The notes under the pieces: generated by a model
What the model saw: the letters and a program-made list of their open reading frames with translations, nothing else
Databases searched by the model: none
Told to the model about the DNA's origin: nothing
From: Oscillospiraceae bacterium
GTDB taxonomy: Bacteria; Bacillota; Clostridia; Oscillospirales; CAG-272
Assembly (NCBI GenBank): GCA_015064745.1
Contig: SVRR01000002.1
Coordinates: 74,454-138,453 of the forward strand
Reading direction: 5' to 3'
Length of the DNA: 64,000 bases
Made by a program: the position numbers and the translations under genes
In this document: positions 36,267 to 46,671 of the stretch, piece by piece
How positions within the stretch are numbered: position 1 is the first letter of the stretch
Layout of the letters: every line of letters starts with the position of its first letter

Positions 36267-37359
36267 ATGTTTGACGTTGCAAAGCTTGATCCGAATTTTG
36301 CCGTTGAGACTACCATCAGAACCGATGATACCGTCTTTTATGACGTAAAGGAAAACCTCTTTTGCCTTTTGGGTCTCATCTACGAAAACGGCGCTACCTT
36401 CGTATTCCCTCGGAGGTGGCAAAGACGGTAAGTAACGCCGTTTATGAGTTGAACAAGCATACCGCGGGCGGCAGACTCCGCTTCGTAACAGACTCTCCCT
36501 TTGTTTCCATCGTAGCGTCTATGCTCATAAAAAGCCGGAAAATAATCATTCCGCGACGGGAAGCTCCTCCTTTGACCTTTTCGTGGACGGAAAATACAGA
36601 TCGACCTTCGTTTATCCCATGTCTAATCCCAGTGAGGACGGCTACGTGAGCAGAAGATGCATTCCGCATGGCTATTTGCCGCTTATCGATGGCGAGAAGG
36701 AAAACGGAGAGCTTGGAACGCATGAGGTCACCATCCATTTTCCCTTGTATCACGCGGTAAGAGAATTACATATCGGACTCAAGAAGGGCGCAACCTTCTT
36801 GCCCGCTCCCGCCTATAAATCGGGAAAGCGCGCCATCACCTACGGCTCGTCGATCACCCAGGGCGGCTGCACCTCGCTTCCGGGACTTGCTTATTCCAAC
36901 ATTCTTGCCATGCGCCACGGTATCGACCTTGTGAATTTTGGTTTTTCGGGCAACGCCAAGGGAGAGGACGCCATCTGTGATCATATCGCCGCGCAAAATC
37001 CCGACATCTTTATTATGGACTACGACCATAACGCCCCCACGCTTGAGCATCTCATTAACACGCACGATCGCTTCTACCGCCGCTTCCGTGCCACTTGCCC
37101 CGACACCCCCATCATCATGCTCACGGCCCCCGACTATGACACGTGCCCCGCATGGTTCGGTCCACGCCGCGCGGTGATCATGAAGAATTACAGAAACGCT
37201 GTCAGAGACGGCGACAGAAATCTTTATTTCATTGACGGCAAGACCCTTTTGGGCAAAAAGGGAAGAGACCTTTGCACCGTCGACGGTACCCACCCCAACG
37301 ATATCGGGCATATGCGTATGGCAGACTCTATTTCGCGCGTTCTCAAAAAATTGATTTAA
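36267..37359 (+). pseudogene. SGNH/GDSL hydrolase with N-terminal beta-sandwich domain, interrupted by two 1-nt frameshifts
   Basis: A strong AAGGAGA RBS precedes ATG 36267 (MFDVAKLDPNFAVE...LIYENG). The sequence continues in a second frame (YLRIPSEVAKTVSNAVYELNKHTAGGRLRFVTDSPFVSIVASM), then a third (AHKKPENNHSATGSSSFDLFVDGKY...ITYGSSITQGG...DGTHPND). Shifts lie near 36388-36395 and 36521-36526. Confidence 0.75.
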
Positions 37360-37390
37360 CTCGAATAGCGTCCTATGCACAAAAAAATTC

Positions 37391-37428
37391 ACGTCCTCCC
37401 TGCAAACGCAGGGGGGACGTCGTTTCTA
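37391..37428. terminator. bidirectional terminator between convergent genes
   Basis: ACGTCCTCCCTGC-aaac-GCAGGGGGGACGT (13-bp stem with one G-U or mismatch), flanked by A7 and TCGTTTCT. Confidence 0.6.
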
Positions 37429-37442
37429 TAAAGCGGACATTG

Positions 37443-38594
37443 TTAAAATCCGAGATTTTTTAAATGCTCAAGCGTTTCTCGTCTCGTTCCCGAGCCGATG
37501 ACGCTTTTTTGATAAAGATGGCGGATCGCGCGAATGCCGCCGCCGCGAAAGATCAATCGACACCACCTTCGCACTTGCAAGAAGGGGAAAAGCCATTTCT
37601 TCTTTTCTAAGACGGGATAAACGCTTTTTAACGCCTTATAAGGAAGGAAAATATGGTTAAATATGTAACGGCGTTTGCGTCCGCGCTTTGCGTACCTCAC
37701 GGAGACGTTCGTCTCGGGACTTCCGTAAATGCCGCCCGACAGAAGGTAGCTTTCCATCTCCTTGGTCGTTTGCGAATGCGTGTCTCCGTGAAACCAAACG
37801 CCGCAGAGCGCTTTTGCGTGCTTTGCAAAGGCGAGAAGTCCGGCATCCGCAAGCATGGAATCGCGAAGGGGGGAGCCCTTAGGTAAGCGTTGCTCCAAGA
37901 TCCATAGGTCGAGAAAGAAACGGATACCGCAGCCACTGTTTAAATAATGCTTCGCCAGATGCGCAACGTGATAAAGATAAAAGACGTCGTCCGAGAGGGC
38001 GTGAAGATAACCGCCGTCGCGCACGGGATGCGCGTGTACCCACGGGTCTTCAAGCAACTTTGCGGCAAGGGGAAGCGTCTCTTTTCGAAAAAGACGGGAA
38101 TGAAGCTCAAAGAGAATGCCCGAGGGAGAAACAAAATTGGCGTGACAATCGTTCTCATGTTCAAAACGATATCCGTTTGCGAGGAATATTTGCTTTGCGC
38201 GTTCGTGATCCGCTTCATTTACAAGGATATCAACGTCACCGCTGGTACGCATCCAAGGTGCGGGATAATAGCCGCGAAGCACAGCACCCTTGAGTGGCAT
38301 AAAGGGAATTTGAGTGCTTTCAAAAAGGGAAGAAAGGGTTTCAAGCTCCTTTGTCATCATCTCGTAATTGTAAAGGGCGATGAAGGACTCTTTTTCGAAC
38401 AAATCTTTTACCCGCTCGTCTGCGTCTACCTCTTTACGGCAAACGGCGTTTCCTACGATGGGGGTAAGCTCGTGGCGCTTAGCAAGGCGAAATAGCTCGA
38501 TCGCCTCCTCGGTAGAGAGCGTAAAAGGGGAAAAAGGAGCGCCGAATACTTCCGTTTTGATAATTTCGGTTAAAAGCGTGATTGCATTTTTCAT
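37443..38594 (-). CDS. nucleotidyltransferase family protein (uncharacterised NTP_transf_5-like)
   Basis: 383 aa. PLKGAVLRGYYPAPWMRTSGDVDILV matches the Pol-beta-type G-x-n-D-x-D core of this family as I recall it. Confidence 0.7.
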   Translation of the reverse strand: MKNAITLLTEIIKTEVFGAPFSPFTLSTEEAIELFRLAKRHELTPIVGNAVCRKEVDADERVKDLFEKESFIALYNYEMMTKELETLSSLFESTQIPFMPLKGAVLRGYYPAPWMRTSGDVDILVNEADHERAKQIFLANGYRFEHENDCHANFVSPSGILFELHSRLFRKETLPLAAKLLEDPWVHAHPVRDGGYLHALSDDVFYLYHVAHLAKHYLNSGCGIRFFLDLWILEQRLPKGSPLRDSMLADAGLLAFAKHAKALCGVWFHGDTHSQTTKEMESYLLSGGIYGSPETNVSVRYAKRGRKRRYIFNHIFLPYKALKSVYPVLEKKKWLFPFLQVRRWCRLIFRGGGIRAIRHLYQKSVIGSGTRRETLEHLKNLGF

Positions 38595-38806
38595 ATTTTC
38601 TCCCTCCTACTGCTTTTTTACAGTATATCATAAACATTTCTTCATGTCAATAAGAAAGTCTTGCCCTAATGCTGTCTTTCTTAAAACGCTATAAATACCG
38701 GTTGTGAGGGGCTGTGAAAATAGATTTGGTAAACTTTTTCCTTTCGTGTATAAATTCCATCAAAAAGACAAAAATAAGGATACAAAAAAGGAAAGGAACC
38801 TCATGT

Positions 38807-39481
38807 ATGCAAATCAAACCCAAAAATGAAAAGCAAGCACGTATTCTGTATCTTGCGGTGGTAGGCGTTCTCGTGATCAGCGCGCTCATCATCGGCCTTG
38901 TGGCGGCTCTCGGAAAGAAGGCAACCCCCGAACCTGATGTAACGCCGCCCGTAGACGAAACTCCCACGCCCGAAACTCCCGACGACGGTAAGACGGACGC
39001 CGAGCCCAAAGAGGAGCCCGTTACCTCTTATCTCGCTCCCGCAACGGGCGCCGTCAGCAAAACGCACGACGATACGCTCCCTGTGTATTCTGCCACCATG
39101 AATGATTTTCGCGTCCATCAGGGCATCGATATTGCCACCGCCGATGGGGCGGACGTTTTCGCTACGGCACGCGGTACGGTCTCCCTTGTTTGGAGCGATC
39201 CTTTGATGGGACAGTGCCTGTCTGTTGACCATGGCAACGGTGTTGTCAGCATTTATAAGAATCTTTCCGCAGAGCTCGCTGAGGGCATCACCAAGGACGC
39301 TAAGGTCACGGCGGGGCAGAAGCTTGGAACGGTAGGAAACACCGCGCTCGTTGAAAGCGCAGAGGAGGCACACCTGCATTTTGAAATGACGTATAACGGC
39401 GAAGCCGTTGACCCTCTTTCCTATATCTCCGAGGAAAGTAAATCGGTCTCCTTTGGCGAGGATACCGCCTACGAATCCTAA
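38807..39481 (+). CDS. M23 family metallopeptidase, membrane-anchored
   Basis: Start at MQIKPKNEK. TM helix, Pro/Thr/Glu-rich linker, and LytM motifs HQGIDI and HLHFEM. Confidence 0.85.
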   Translation: MQIKPKNEKQARILYLAVVGVLVISALIIGLVAALGKKATPEPDVTPPVDETPTPETPDDGKTDAEPKEEPVTSYLAPATGAVSKTHDDTLPVYSATMNDFRVHQGIDIATADGADVFATARGTVSLVWSDPLMGQCLSVDHGNGVVSIYKNLSAELAEGITKDAKVTAGQKLGTVGNTALVESAEEAHLHFEMTYNGEAVDPLSYISEESKSVSFGEDTAYES

Positions 39482-39487
39482 TGAATA

Positions 39488-39524
39488 CGGTCGAAGCATA
39501 AATTGCTTCGACCGCGTTTTTTAT
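39488..39524. terminator. rho-independent terminator (bidirectional context)
   Basis: CGGTCGAAGCA-taaat-TGCTTCGACCG followed by CGTTTTTTATTT. Confidence 0.7.
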
Positions 39525-41048
39525 TTAAAGACCGTGGGTGAAAAGATAGGAATATCCGTCAAGAGGTGCTGTGCTTTCCTCTTCTTCGGGGATGCCGTTT
39601 TGGCGCTTGAGATCGGCAAGCGGCACGCCATAGCGCTTGCCCACCGACCATAAGGTGTCGCCGTCGGTGGGATAATATAGAAGGACCGTGGCGGGATCGT
39701 ACCCTTCTATGTCACCCGTCTTGACGGCAGAGAAAGGCAGTGAAAGAGAAACGGGACATACAGAGCATAGCGATACGGCAAGCTCGGTCGAAAGCCGTAC
39801 CTTCTCACCGCTCACTTGCGCGCCGCCGCCCACGGGGGTGACGGAAAACGAAAAACTTTCCCCCTCCTCCCCTACACCGCCAAGAGGAAGCTCCGCACGG
39901 AAGGGAAGCGTCAAATCGCACTTTTCAATTTCATCACTACCAAAGCAAAGCAGGGAAGCGTCCAGCCTTCCTTCTACCGTAGCCTTGTCGCCTACGCGAG
40001 AAACGGCGGCATCCTTTAAGGAAAAGCGGGGAAAGAGACACCCTGTCATTTTAATGTCGGCAGGGAGGGGAAGCTCCGCACTAACCGTTAGATTGCCTGC
40101 CGCGCATCCGATCAGCTTTTCTGCGTTAAACTGCCGTCTCGCAATGTCATGTCGTGCACCGTGTACGTAAAGATCTTCCAGCACGGATACGGTACGGTTG
40201 GATAGAAGTGTTCCCGTCAGATAATATTCGGTATCCAGAAGAAGAGCGGTGTTTTCTCCGTCCTCTTCAAAGGTGACGGTGGGAGAGGCGACGTGTGCAC
40301 TGAGTACGACCCGATCCTCTTTTTTTGCGTCTTTGGCGGTAATTTCTTCTTCAAAGGGCAGAGTGCAAACCTTGACGAAAGGCGCTTCGCCCATCTTTTG
40401 CAAAAGTAGGGTGAAGATGAGCCTTCCGCGCACCGAGAGATAGCCGTCGTGCGCTTCTCTCGTTTCGGGCAAAACGCCGCTTTGCACCGAAATAAGCGTA
40501 AGCGCGTCGGCAGACGTTTCTTCAACCGTAAACCGTCCCTCCGCGTGCAAGGCACCCGAAAAGCAGGCGTTGCGCTCTAAGACGGAGACTTCACGCGCAA
40601 TCGTTTCTACGGGCGCATCCTGTACGAGTGTCGAGAGCGGGACGCCGGCAGCTTCCTCTATCAATACGTGCGGACGGGCAAGAATGCGGGTGCGGATCCC
40701 CAGCTTTCTGGGGGCGGACGGACGGGCGTTCACGCTCTCGATGCGCTCTTCCGTGTAGGTGACGGCAGAATCCTTGTCGCTGTGAACACGGTAGGTATAC
40801 CGTCCTTCCAAAGGCGCTTCGGTGACGGTGTTTTCCCTGTCGCTGTAAAGCAAACGGTATTCTAAACGTCCTGAAAATTCCGTGCCGTCGCTCCCGACAT
40901 AATGCTCTTCGGGCAGAAGCGTTGCGCTTACACGCAAAACGCGCCCGATCTCAGGCATATAGTCGGGTAAGATAAACTCCTCGTTGCTTTCGGTGAACAC
41001 AGCGTCGGTTACGAGATCCTTCTGTGCGCGGTTTTCAAAATTCGACAT
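39525..41048 (-). CDS. DUF3794 (SPOCS) domain protein with C-terminal LysM
   Basis: LPDYMPEIGRVLRV is typical of DUF3794. C-terminal LysM: GDTLWSVGKRYGVPLADLKRQNGI. ATG 41048 is preferred (AGAGGAAA RBS) over 41081. Confidence 0.8.
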   Translation of the reverse strand: MSNFENRAQKDLVTDAVFTESNEEFILPDYMPEIGRVLRVSATLLPEEHYVGSDGTEFSGRLEYRLLYSDRENTVTEAPLEGRYTYRVHSDKDSAVTYTEERIESVNARPSAPRKLGIRTRILARPHVLIEEAAGVPLSTLVQDAPVETIAREVSVLERNACFSGALHAEGRFTVEETSADALTLISVQSGVLPETREAHDGYLSVRGRLIFTLLLQKMGEAPFVKVCTLPFEEEITAKDAKKEDRVVLSAHVASPTVTFEEDGENTALLLDTEYYLTGTLLSNRTVSVLEDLYVHGARHDIARRQFNAEKLIGCAAGNLTVSAELPLPADIKMTGCLFPRFSLKDAAVSRVGDKATVEGRLDASLLCFGSDEIEKCDLTLPFRAELPLGGVGEEGESFSFSVTPVGGGAQVSGEKVRLSTELAVSLCSVCPVSLSLPFSAVKTGDIEGYDPATVLLYYPTDGDTLWSVGKRYGVPLADLKRQNGIPEEEESTAPLDGYSYLFTHGL

Positions 41049-41103
41049 GGCTTTCCTCTCACTTCCTTTATTGTTTGACATTCAAATGTATGCGGAAGGA
41101 AGG

Positions 41104-41133
41104 AAAAAAAGAACCGAGCCTGTGGCTCGGTTC
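41104..41133 (-). terminator. rho-independent terminator after hprK
   Basis: The minus strand reads GAACCGAGCC-aca-GGCTCGGTTC followed by TTTTTTT. Confidence 0.75.
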
Positions 41134-41140
41134 TAAGGGA

Positions 41141-42079
41141 TCATTCCATCGGAATGCCCATCTCTTGCATCAATCTTGCGTTAAATTCCTCGGCGGTGTT
41201 GTAGCCCATCTTCTTTTGTCGGTGGTTCATCGCCGCGATCTCAAGCACGACGGCAAGGTTTCGTCCGGGACATACGGGGATGGTGATGGAGGGAATTTTG
41301 ATGCCCAAAAGGTCCACCGTCTCCTCGTCGATTCCGAGGCGGTCATACATTTTTCCCTGTACCCAATGCTCAAGATTGATCACAAGGTCGATCTTAGCGG
41401 TCATGCCGACACCGCCCATGCCGAAGAGACGGCGAACGTCCACAATACCAATGCCGCGAAGCTCTACGTAGTGACGGATGATCTCTGGTGCCTCGCCGAC
41501 GAGCGTTTTACTTGATACGCGCTTGATCTCTACCGCGTCGTCTGCCACCAAGCGATGACCTCTCTTGACGAGCTCAATGGCAGTTTCGCTTTTGCCGATG
41601 CCGCTGTCGCCGAGAAGCAAAACGCCCTCTCCGTATACCTCGACGAGTACGCCGTGACGGGTGATACGGGGCGCGAGCTGTACGTTTAAAAAGGCGATGA
41701 GCGCCGCCATGAATTCACTGGTGTTTTCCTTCGCAGAAAGAAGCGGTACGCCGTATTCTTCCGCCGCTTCGATTGCCTCGGGGAAAACCGTAAGAGAAGA
41801 GGTGAAAATGAGGCAGGCGGGCTTGTGCGCCATGAAGTCGCGCAAATGCTCGCGGCGTTCATCATCACTGAACTTTTGCAAATAAAGATGCTCGGCTCTG
41901 CCGATAAGCTCTATGCGCGTTTGTTCAAAATGATCGTAAAAGCCGGTGAGAGAAAGACCGGGGCGGTTTACGTGCTTGTTTGAGATAAGGATGTTTTCGG
42001 GAAGGTCGGGCAGATAGGCAACGGTCAGAGAAAATTCTTCAATGATTTTTTCTAAGGATACGGTATGTAGCTCTTCCAT
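41141..42079 (-). CDS. hprK: HPr kinase/phosphorylase
   Basis: Walker A GDSGIGKSETAIELVKRGHRLVADD and the signature YVELRGIGIVDVRRLFG. Confidence 0.93.
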   Translation of the reverse strand: MEELHTVSLEKIIEEFSLTVAYLPDLPENILISNKHVNRPGLSLTGFYDHFEQTRIELIGRAEHLYLQKFSDDERREHLRDFMAHKPACLIFTSSLTVFPEAIEAAEEYGVPLLSAKENTSEFMAALIAFLNVQLAPRITRHGVLVEVYGEGVLLLGDSGIGKSETAIELVKRGHRLVADDAVEIKRVSSKTLVGEAPEIIRHYVELRGIGIVDVRRLFGMGGVGMTAKIDLVINLEHWVQGKMYDRLGIDEETVDLLGIKIPSITIPVCPGRNLAVVLEIAAMNHRQKKMGYNTAEEFNARLMQEMGIPME

Positions 42080-42096
42080 GTTAAGACCTCCAAAAA

Positions 42097-42975
42097 TTAT
42101 AAAATATTACCAATGCCCAAAAGATCGATCAGCATACCCGCGAGGGCACCGATTCCAAAGAGCATAAGAAGAACGGAAAACGCATCGCGCTTTCTGCGAC
42201 TGACGCGAAAAAGCACGAGAAGTCCGACACCCGTGCCGACGAGAAGCCCCGAAAGCATACAGCCTGCCGAAATCATTCCTTCAAGATAAAGCTTGGTGAT
42301 AAGGACGCTGGAGGCACAGTTTGGAATAAGCCCCACGAGCGCGGCAAGGATATGACCAAGCACGGGAACGGTTGAAAAAATGTCGGCGATACGCTCGTGC
42401 CCCAAAAAAAACACGGCGGTGTTTAAAAGAAGCATGACGATCAAAAGAAACAGCCCGATGTGCAGGGTGTGGTGCAACGCAGAGCGAAAAATACCCTCCT
42501 CGCAGTGACAGCCCTCATGCTCACAGAGCTCGTGAATATGCTCGTGCTCCCTTTCCTTGCTTTTAAGCAAGCGGAAAGAAAGGTCAATGAGGAAGCCTGC
42601 CAGCGTGCCGATTACAAACTTGACAAGAAGAAGCTTAACGATCAAAAGCGGGGCTGCTCCCTCGGCAATCAATATAGGAAGCATCTCATCAGAGGTGGAG
42701 AGATAGAGCGCGATGAGCGTACCGAGAGAGATCACACGCCCTGCGTAAAGTCCCGAAGCGGCAGCGGAGAAGCCGCATTGCGGTACGACGCCGAGAAGTC
42801 CGCCCCAAAGGGGCCCCACGTGTCCTGCGCGGCGAATGGCTTTTTCCATCCCCTCCCCGGCGCGGTGCTCAAGAAATTCCATCAAAAGATAGGTTAAAAA
42901 CAGGAAGGGCAACAGCTTGCCGAAATCTTTTAGAGAATCGAGGATGACCTCCTCTAAAAAAGCAGCTAGAGTCAT
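42097..42975 (-). CDS. putative metal (Mn/heavy-metal) transporter, ArsP_2-like 10-TM family
   Basis: MTLAAFLEEVILDSLKDFGKLLPFLFLTYLLMEFLEH...VPQCGFSAAASGLYAGR...STSDEMLPIL. His/Cys-rich central loop. Its start overlaps the fur stop by 1 nt. Confidence 0.7.
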   Translation of the reverse strand: MTLAAFLEEVILDSLKDFGKLLPFLFLTYLLMEFLEHRAGEGMEKAIRRAGHVGPLWGGLLGVVPQCGFSAAASGLYAGRVISLGTLIALYLSTSDEMLPILIAEGAAPLLIVKLLLVKFVIGTLAGFLIDLSFRLLKSKEREHEHIHELCEHEGCHCEEGIFRSALHHTLHIGLFLLIVMLLLNTAVFFLGHERIADIFSTVPVLGHILAALVGLIPNCASSVLITKLYLEGMISAGCMLSGLLVGTGVGLLVLFRVSRRKRDAFSVLLMLFGIGALAGMLIDLLGIGNIL

Positions 42976-43400
42976 TAGAAGTCCTTTCTTTTGCGCTGGC
43001 AATCGGCGCACAGTCCGTAAAGGGTAGTCCTTGCGGGAGTAACGGTAAAGCCATGATGCGCTTCAATATGGTGGATGAGAGATGCAATGCGGTCGCAGGA
43101 GAGATGTGCGAGGGCGCCGCACTCGGTGCAAACGAGATGGTAATGCTCAGCGCAGTGCGCGTCCAGGAGAGAGTAGCAGTTGCCTTGTCCCTCTGTAGTC
43201 GTTTTACGGACAAAGCCCTCCTCGGCGAGTCTTGCGAGCTGTCGGTAAACGGTGGTCAGCCCCACGCGCTCCCCTTGTGCTTTCAAAATGTCATAGATTT
43301 CGTCCGCGCGCAGATGTGCGCCGCCTGCCGAAAGCAGAACGTCCTTGATGAGAAAATACGCGCGTGTTTTATAATCGCCGCGCTCCTTTTTTTCGTCCAT
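42975..43400 (-). CDS. Fur family transcriptional regulator (Fur/Zur/PerR type not resolved)
   Basis: Start at MDEKKERG (GAGGAAGGA RBS). Winged helix (GLTTVYRQLARLAEEG), HHLVCTECG and a C-terminal CADC. Confidence 0.88.
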   Translation of the reverse strand: MDEKKERGDYKTRAYFLIKDVLLSAGGAHLRADEIYDILKAQGERVGLTTVYRQLARLAEEGFVRKTTTEGQGNCYSLLDAHCAEHYHLVCTECGALAHLSCDRIASLIHHIEAHHGFTVTPARTTLYGLCADCQRKRKDF

Positions 43401-43523
43401 GATTTGTCCTTCCTCAAAACGAAAACGAAAACCGATTTCAAATTCGAGAAAAGTATAGCATAAAAACAGCAAAAAGTCAATAGGAAAAATGAAACCTTAC
43501 CGTTTTTTTCTGTTCATTTAATG

Positions 43524-43553
43524 AAAAAACGCAGGCTTATGTCTGCGTTTTTT
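43524..43553. terminator. terminator after pflA (short stem flanked by A6 and T6)
   Basis: AAAAAA-CGCAG-gcttatgt-CTGCG-TTTTTT. The stem is only 5 bp, so support is moderate. Confidence 0.5.
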
Positions 43554-44299
43554 CATCCTTTAAGATGATGCGCGATATGTTCTTGCATCTCCTTCACCAC
43601 TAAGGGGTACGGCTCGTGAATATCCGCAAAGCGGAAGGGAATTCCTAACTGCTTGTACTTCACAGTACAAAGCTTGCGGAAGGGGAGAATTTCAACCGTA
43701 TCAATGCACCCATGTGTGCGCACAAGCTCCGTCAAAAATTCTTCGTGCGCCTTTGTGTCGTTCAAGGTGGGAATCATGACCGAGCGCAGGGTCGTTTTTA
43801 TACATCTCTCCTCCAAGCACGAGAGAAAGGAAAGCGGCGTGTCCATGCCGCACCCCACGTATTCGCGGTACAGCGCATCGGTCGGGTATTTAATATCCAA
43901 CAATACGCGGTCGGTGACAGCAAGGAGTGCTTTGATCTTGTCGTTTAACAAACAGCCTGCGGTATCAAGGCAGGTATTGAGCCCCTTTTCCTTAGCCAGC
44001 CGAAAAAATGCTTCTGCAAATTCAGTCTGCCAAAGCGGCTCTCCACCCGAAAGAGTCACACCGCCAAAGTCGCCGAAATATTCGCGGTATCTTAGGGCAT
44101 TTTGGACAAGCTGTTCGGCGGTGTAAAGCGTTCCGCCTGTCTCATCCCAAGTATCGGGATTGTGACAGCAGCCGCACCTGAGGGGACAGCCCTGCAAAAA
44201 CACGGCATAGCGCACGCCGGGGCCGTCAAGCGTCGCAAGCGTTTGGATGGAATGAACGCGCCCTGTGGGCGCGTTCACGGATGAATTACAGTGCATCAT
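43553..44299 (-). CDS. pflA: pyruvate formate-lyase activating enzyme (radical SAM)
   Basis: [39 protein letters not shown]. Immediately downstream of pflB. Confidence 0.92.
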   Translation of the reverse strand: MMHCNSSVNAPTGRVHSIQTLATLDGPGVRYAVFLQGCPLRCGCCHNPDTWDETGGTLYTAEQLVQNALRYREYFGDFGGVTLSGGEPLWQTEFAEAFFRLAKEKGLNTCLDTAGCLLNDKIKALLAVTDRVLLDIKYPTDALYREYVGCGMDTPLSFLSCLEERCIKTTLRSVMIPTLNDTKAHEEFLTELVRTHGCIDTVEILPFRKLCTVKYKQLGIPFRFADIHEPYPLVVKEMQEHIAHHLKG

Positions 44300-46517
44300 G
44301 GAACGTACGGCTGATGACCTCTCTCTGCTGCTCGCGCGAGAGCTTGTGGAAGTTGACGGCGTAGCCCGAAACGCGAATGGTAAGATTCGGGTACGCTTCG
44401 GGATCCTCGTATGCCTTTATCAGCGTTTCGCGGTTTAAGACGTTCACGTTGATATGATGTGCCTTCTTTTTAAAGTAACCGTCAAGGATGGAAACGAGGT
44501 TGTCTACTCTTTCCGCATCCTCTCTGCCAAGGGCATCGGGGGTGATGGAGAAGGTGTTGGAAATGCCGTCGCGGCAGTCGTCGTAGCTGAGCTTTGCCAC
44601 CGAGTTGAGAGAAGCAAGCGCGCCGTTTTCCTCACGGTTGTGCATGGGGTTCGCGCCGGGCGCAAAGGCTTGCGTCGCGTGTCTTCCGTCAGGGGTTGCG
44701 CCCGTGTGCTTGCCGTACATGACGTTCGAGGTGATGGTCAGCACCGAAAGGGTGTGAACAGCGTCACGGTAGGTCGGTGTCTTGCGAAGCTCGGTGATGG
44801 TCTTGTGCGTCAGCTCCTTGGCGATCAGGTCAACTCTGTCGTCGTCGTTGCCGAATTTGGGGAAATCGCCTTTGGTATCAAAGTCTACGATGTGTCCCTG
44901 CTCGTTTCGAATGGGGCACACCTTTGCGTATTTTATTGCGCTGAAGGAGTCAGCAACCACAGAAAGCCCCGCGATGCCGAACGCCATAAGACGCTCAACA
45001 AAGGTGTCGTGAAGGCCCATTTGCACCTTCTCGTAGGCATACTTGTCGTGCATATAGTGTATGACGTTCATGGTGTTGACGTACAGCTTCGCAAGCCATG
45101 CAAGATAAATATCAAAGCGTGCGACAAAGGTGTCATAATCAAGCACGTCGCCTTCAAGTACGGGCATCTGCGGTCCGATATGCAGTCCGCTGGTCGTATC
45201 AAAGCCGCCGTTAATAGCGATCAGCATGAGCTTGGCAAGATTGCATCTCGCGCCAAAGAACTGCATCTGCTTGCCGAGCTTCATCGCGGAAACACAGCAG
45301 GCAATGGCATAATCGTCACCGTAGATGGGACGCATCACGTCGTCATTCTCGTATTGAATGGAGTCGGTATCAATGGAAACCTTGGCGCAAAACGCCTTGA
45401 AGGACGCGGGAAGGTCATTCGACCAAAGCACCGTCAGGTTGGGCTCCGGGGAAGGACCAAGCGTATACAGCGTGTTCAGCATACGGAAGCTTGATTTCGT
45501 GACGAGCGTTCTTCCGTCCTCACCCATGCCGCCTACCGCTTCGGTGATCCACATAGGGTCGCCGCCGAACAGCTCGTTGTATTCGGGGGTGCGCAAATGG
45601 CGGGCAAGACGAAGCTTGATGACGAAGTCGTCGATCAGCTCCTGCGCTTGCTCCTCGGTTAAGATACCGCGCGCGATATCTCGCTCAATGTAAATATCAA
45701 AGAAGGTGGAAACACGGCCAAGCGACATGGCGGCGCCATTTTGCTCCTTTATGGCACCGAGATAGGCAAAATAGGTCCACTGGATCGCCTCGCGTGCGTC
45801 CTTTGCCGGCTCGGTAATATCAAAGCCGTACATCTCCGCCATTTCTCGGAGATATTCAAGGAAGGAGATCTGCTTGAACAGCTCCTCGTCAAGACGGATC
45901 TGATCACCGTCGAAGTTGCCCTCGGCAAGGGCTGCCTTGTCACGCTTCTTCTCGGCGATAATGTGAGCGAGACCGTACAGCGCTACACGGCGGTAGTCGC
46001 CGATGATACGTCCTCTGCCGTAAGCGTCGGGAAGGCCTGTGATGACATGGCATTTGCGCGCCGCGCGCATCTCATCGGTATAGGCGCGAAAAACACCGTC
46101 GTTGTGTGTGGTGCGGAAGCGGAATTCCTCCTCCACCTTAGGGCTAAGCTTATATCCGTACGCCTCGCAGGCGTTCTTGACCATACGCATGCCGCCAAAG
46201 GGATTGACGGTGCGCTTTAAGGGGCGGTTGGTCTGAAGACCGACAATGAGCTCATGCTCCTTATCTACGTATCCGGGTGAAAAGCTGGTAAGAGAAGAAA
46301 CGGTTGCGGTGTCGATATCAAGAACACCGCCCTGCTCACGCTCTATCGTAAAGAGCGCCTCCACTTTTTTCATTAATGTTTGTGTGCGCTCTGTGGCACC
46401 CGTTAAAAAGGATGCATCTCTCTCGTATGGATGATAATTGGATTGAATAAAATCGCGGACATCAATCTCGGTTTGCCATTTGCCCGCCTTAAAGCCTTCC
46501 CAATTCTTGTGTTTCAT
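44286..46517 (-). CDS. pflB: formate C-acetyltransferase (pyruvate formate-lyase)
   Basis: Start at [15 protein letters not shown] (AAAAGGAGA RBS). Active-site ACCVSAM and the glycyl-radical motif [11 protein letters not shown]. Confidence 0.95.
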   Translation of the reverse strand: MKHKNWEGFKAGKWQTEIDVRDFIQSNYHPYERDASFLTGATERTQTLMKKVEALFTIEREQGGVLDIDTATVSSLTSFSPGYVDKEHELIVGLQTNRPLKRTVNPFGGMRMVKNACEAYGYKLSPKVEEEFRFRTTHNDGVFRAYTDEMRAARKCHVITGLPDAYGRGRIIGDYRRVALYGLAHIIAEKKRDKAALAEGNFDGDQIRLDEELFKQISFLEYLREMAEMYGFDITEPAKDAREAIQWTYFAYLGAIKEQNGAAMSLGRVSTFFDIYIERDIARGILTEEQAQELIDDFVIKLRLARHLRTPEYNELFGGDPMWITEAVGGMGEDGRTLVTKSSFRMLNTLYTLGPSPEPNLTVLWSNDLPASFKAFCAKVSIDTDSIQYENDDVMRPIYGDDYAIACCVSAMKLGKQMQFFGARCNLAKLMLIAINGGFDTTSGLHIGPQMPVLEGDVLDYDTFVARFDIYLAWLAKLYVNTMNVIHYMHDKYAYEKVQMGLHDTFVERLMAFGIAGLSVVADSFSAIKYAKVCPIRNEQGHIVDFDTKGDFPKFGNDDDRVDLIAKELTHKTITELRKTPTYRDAVHTLSVLTITSNVMYGKHTGATPDGRHATQAFAPGANPMHNREENGALASLNSVAKLSYDDCRDGISNTFSITPDALGREDAERVDNLVSILDGYFKKKAHHINVNVLNRETLIKAYEDPEAYPNLTIRVSGYAVNFHKLSREQQREVISRTFHDAL

Positions 46518-46671
46518 TTGCTGTCTCCTTTTTTGTAAGAATCGCCCAGACGGTCGGCGTGTTAACCCCATATTCCCTCGCGGTGCTCCGCGTTCCGTCA
46601 GTTGTATGGGGCTCATTTATAGTATACAAAATAATGCGGTGCTTTTCGGTGACGCGGTCACAAAGCCGTTT

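Noticed and set aside
46649-46661. Calling the GTGAC-GCG-GTCAC palindrome upstream of pflB a Rex box.
   Set aside because: Rex/ROP sites are even palindromes (TGTGAA-n4-TTCACA type). This one has an odd centre and a shorter right arm. It is kept only as an unassigned palindrome in the pflB-leader finding.
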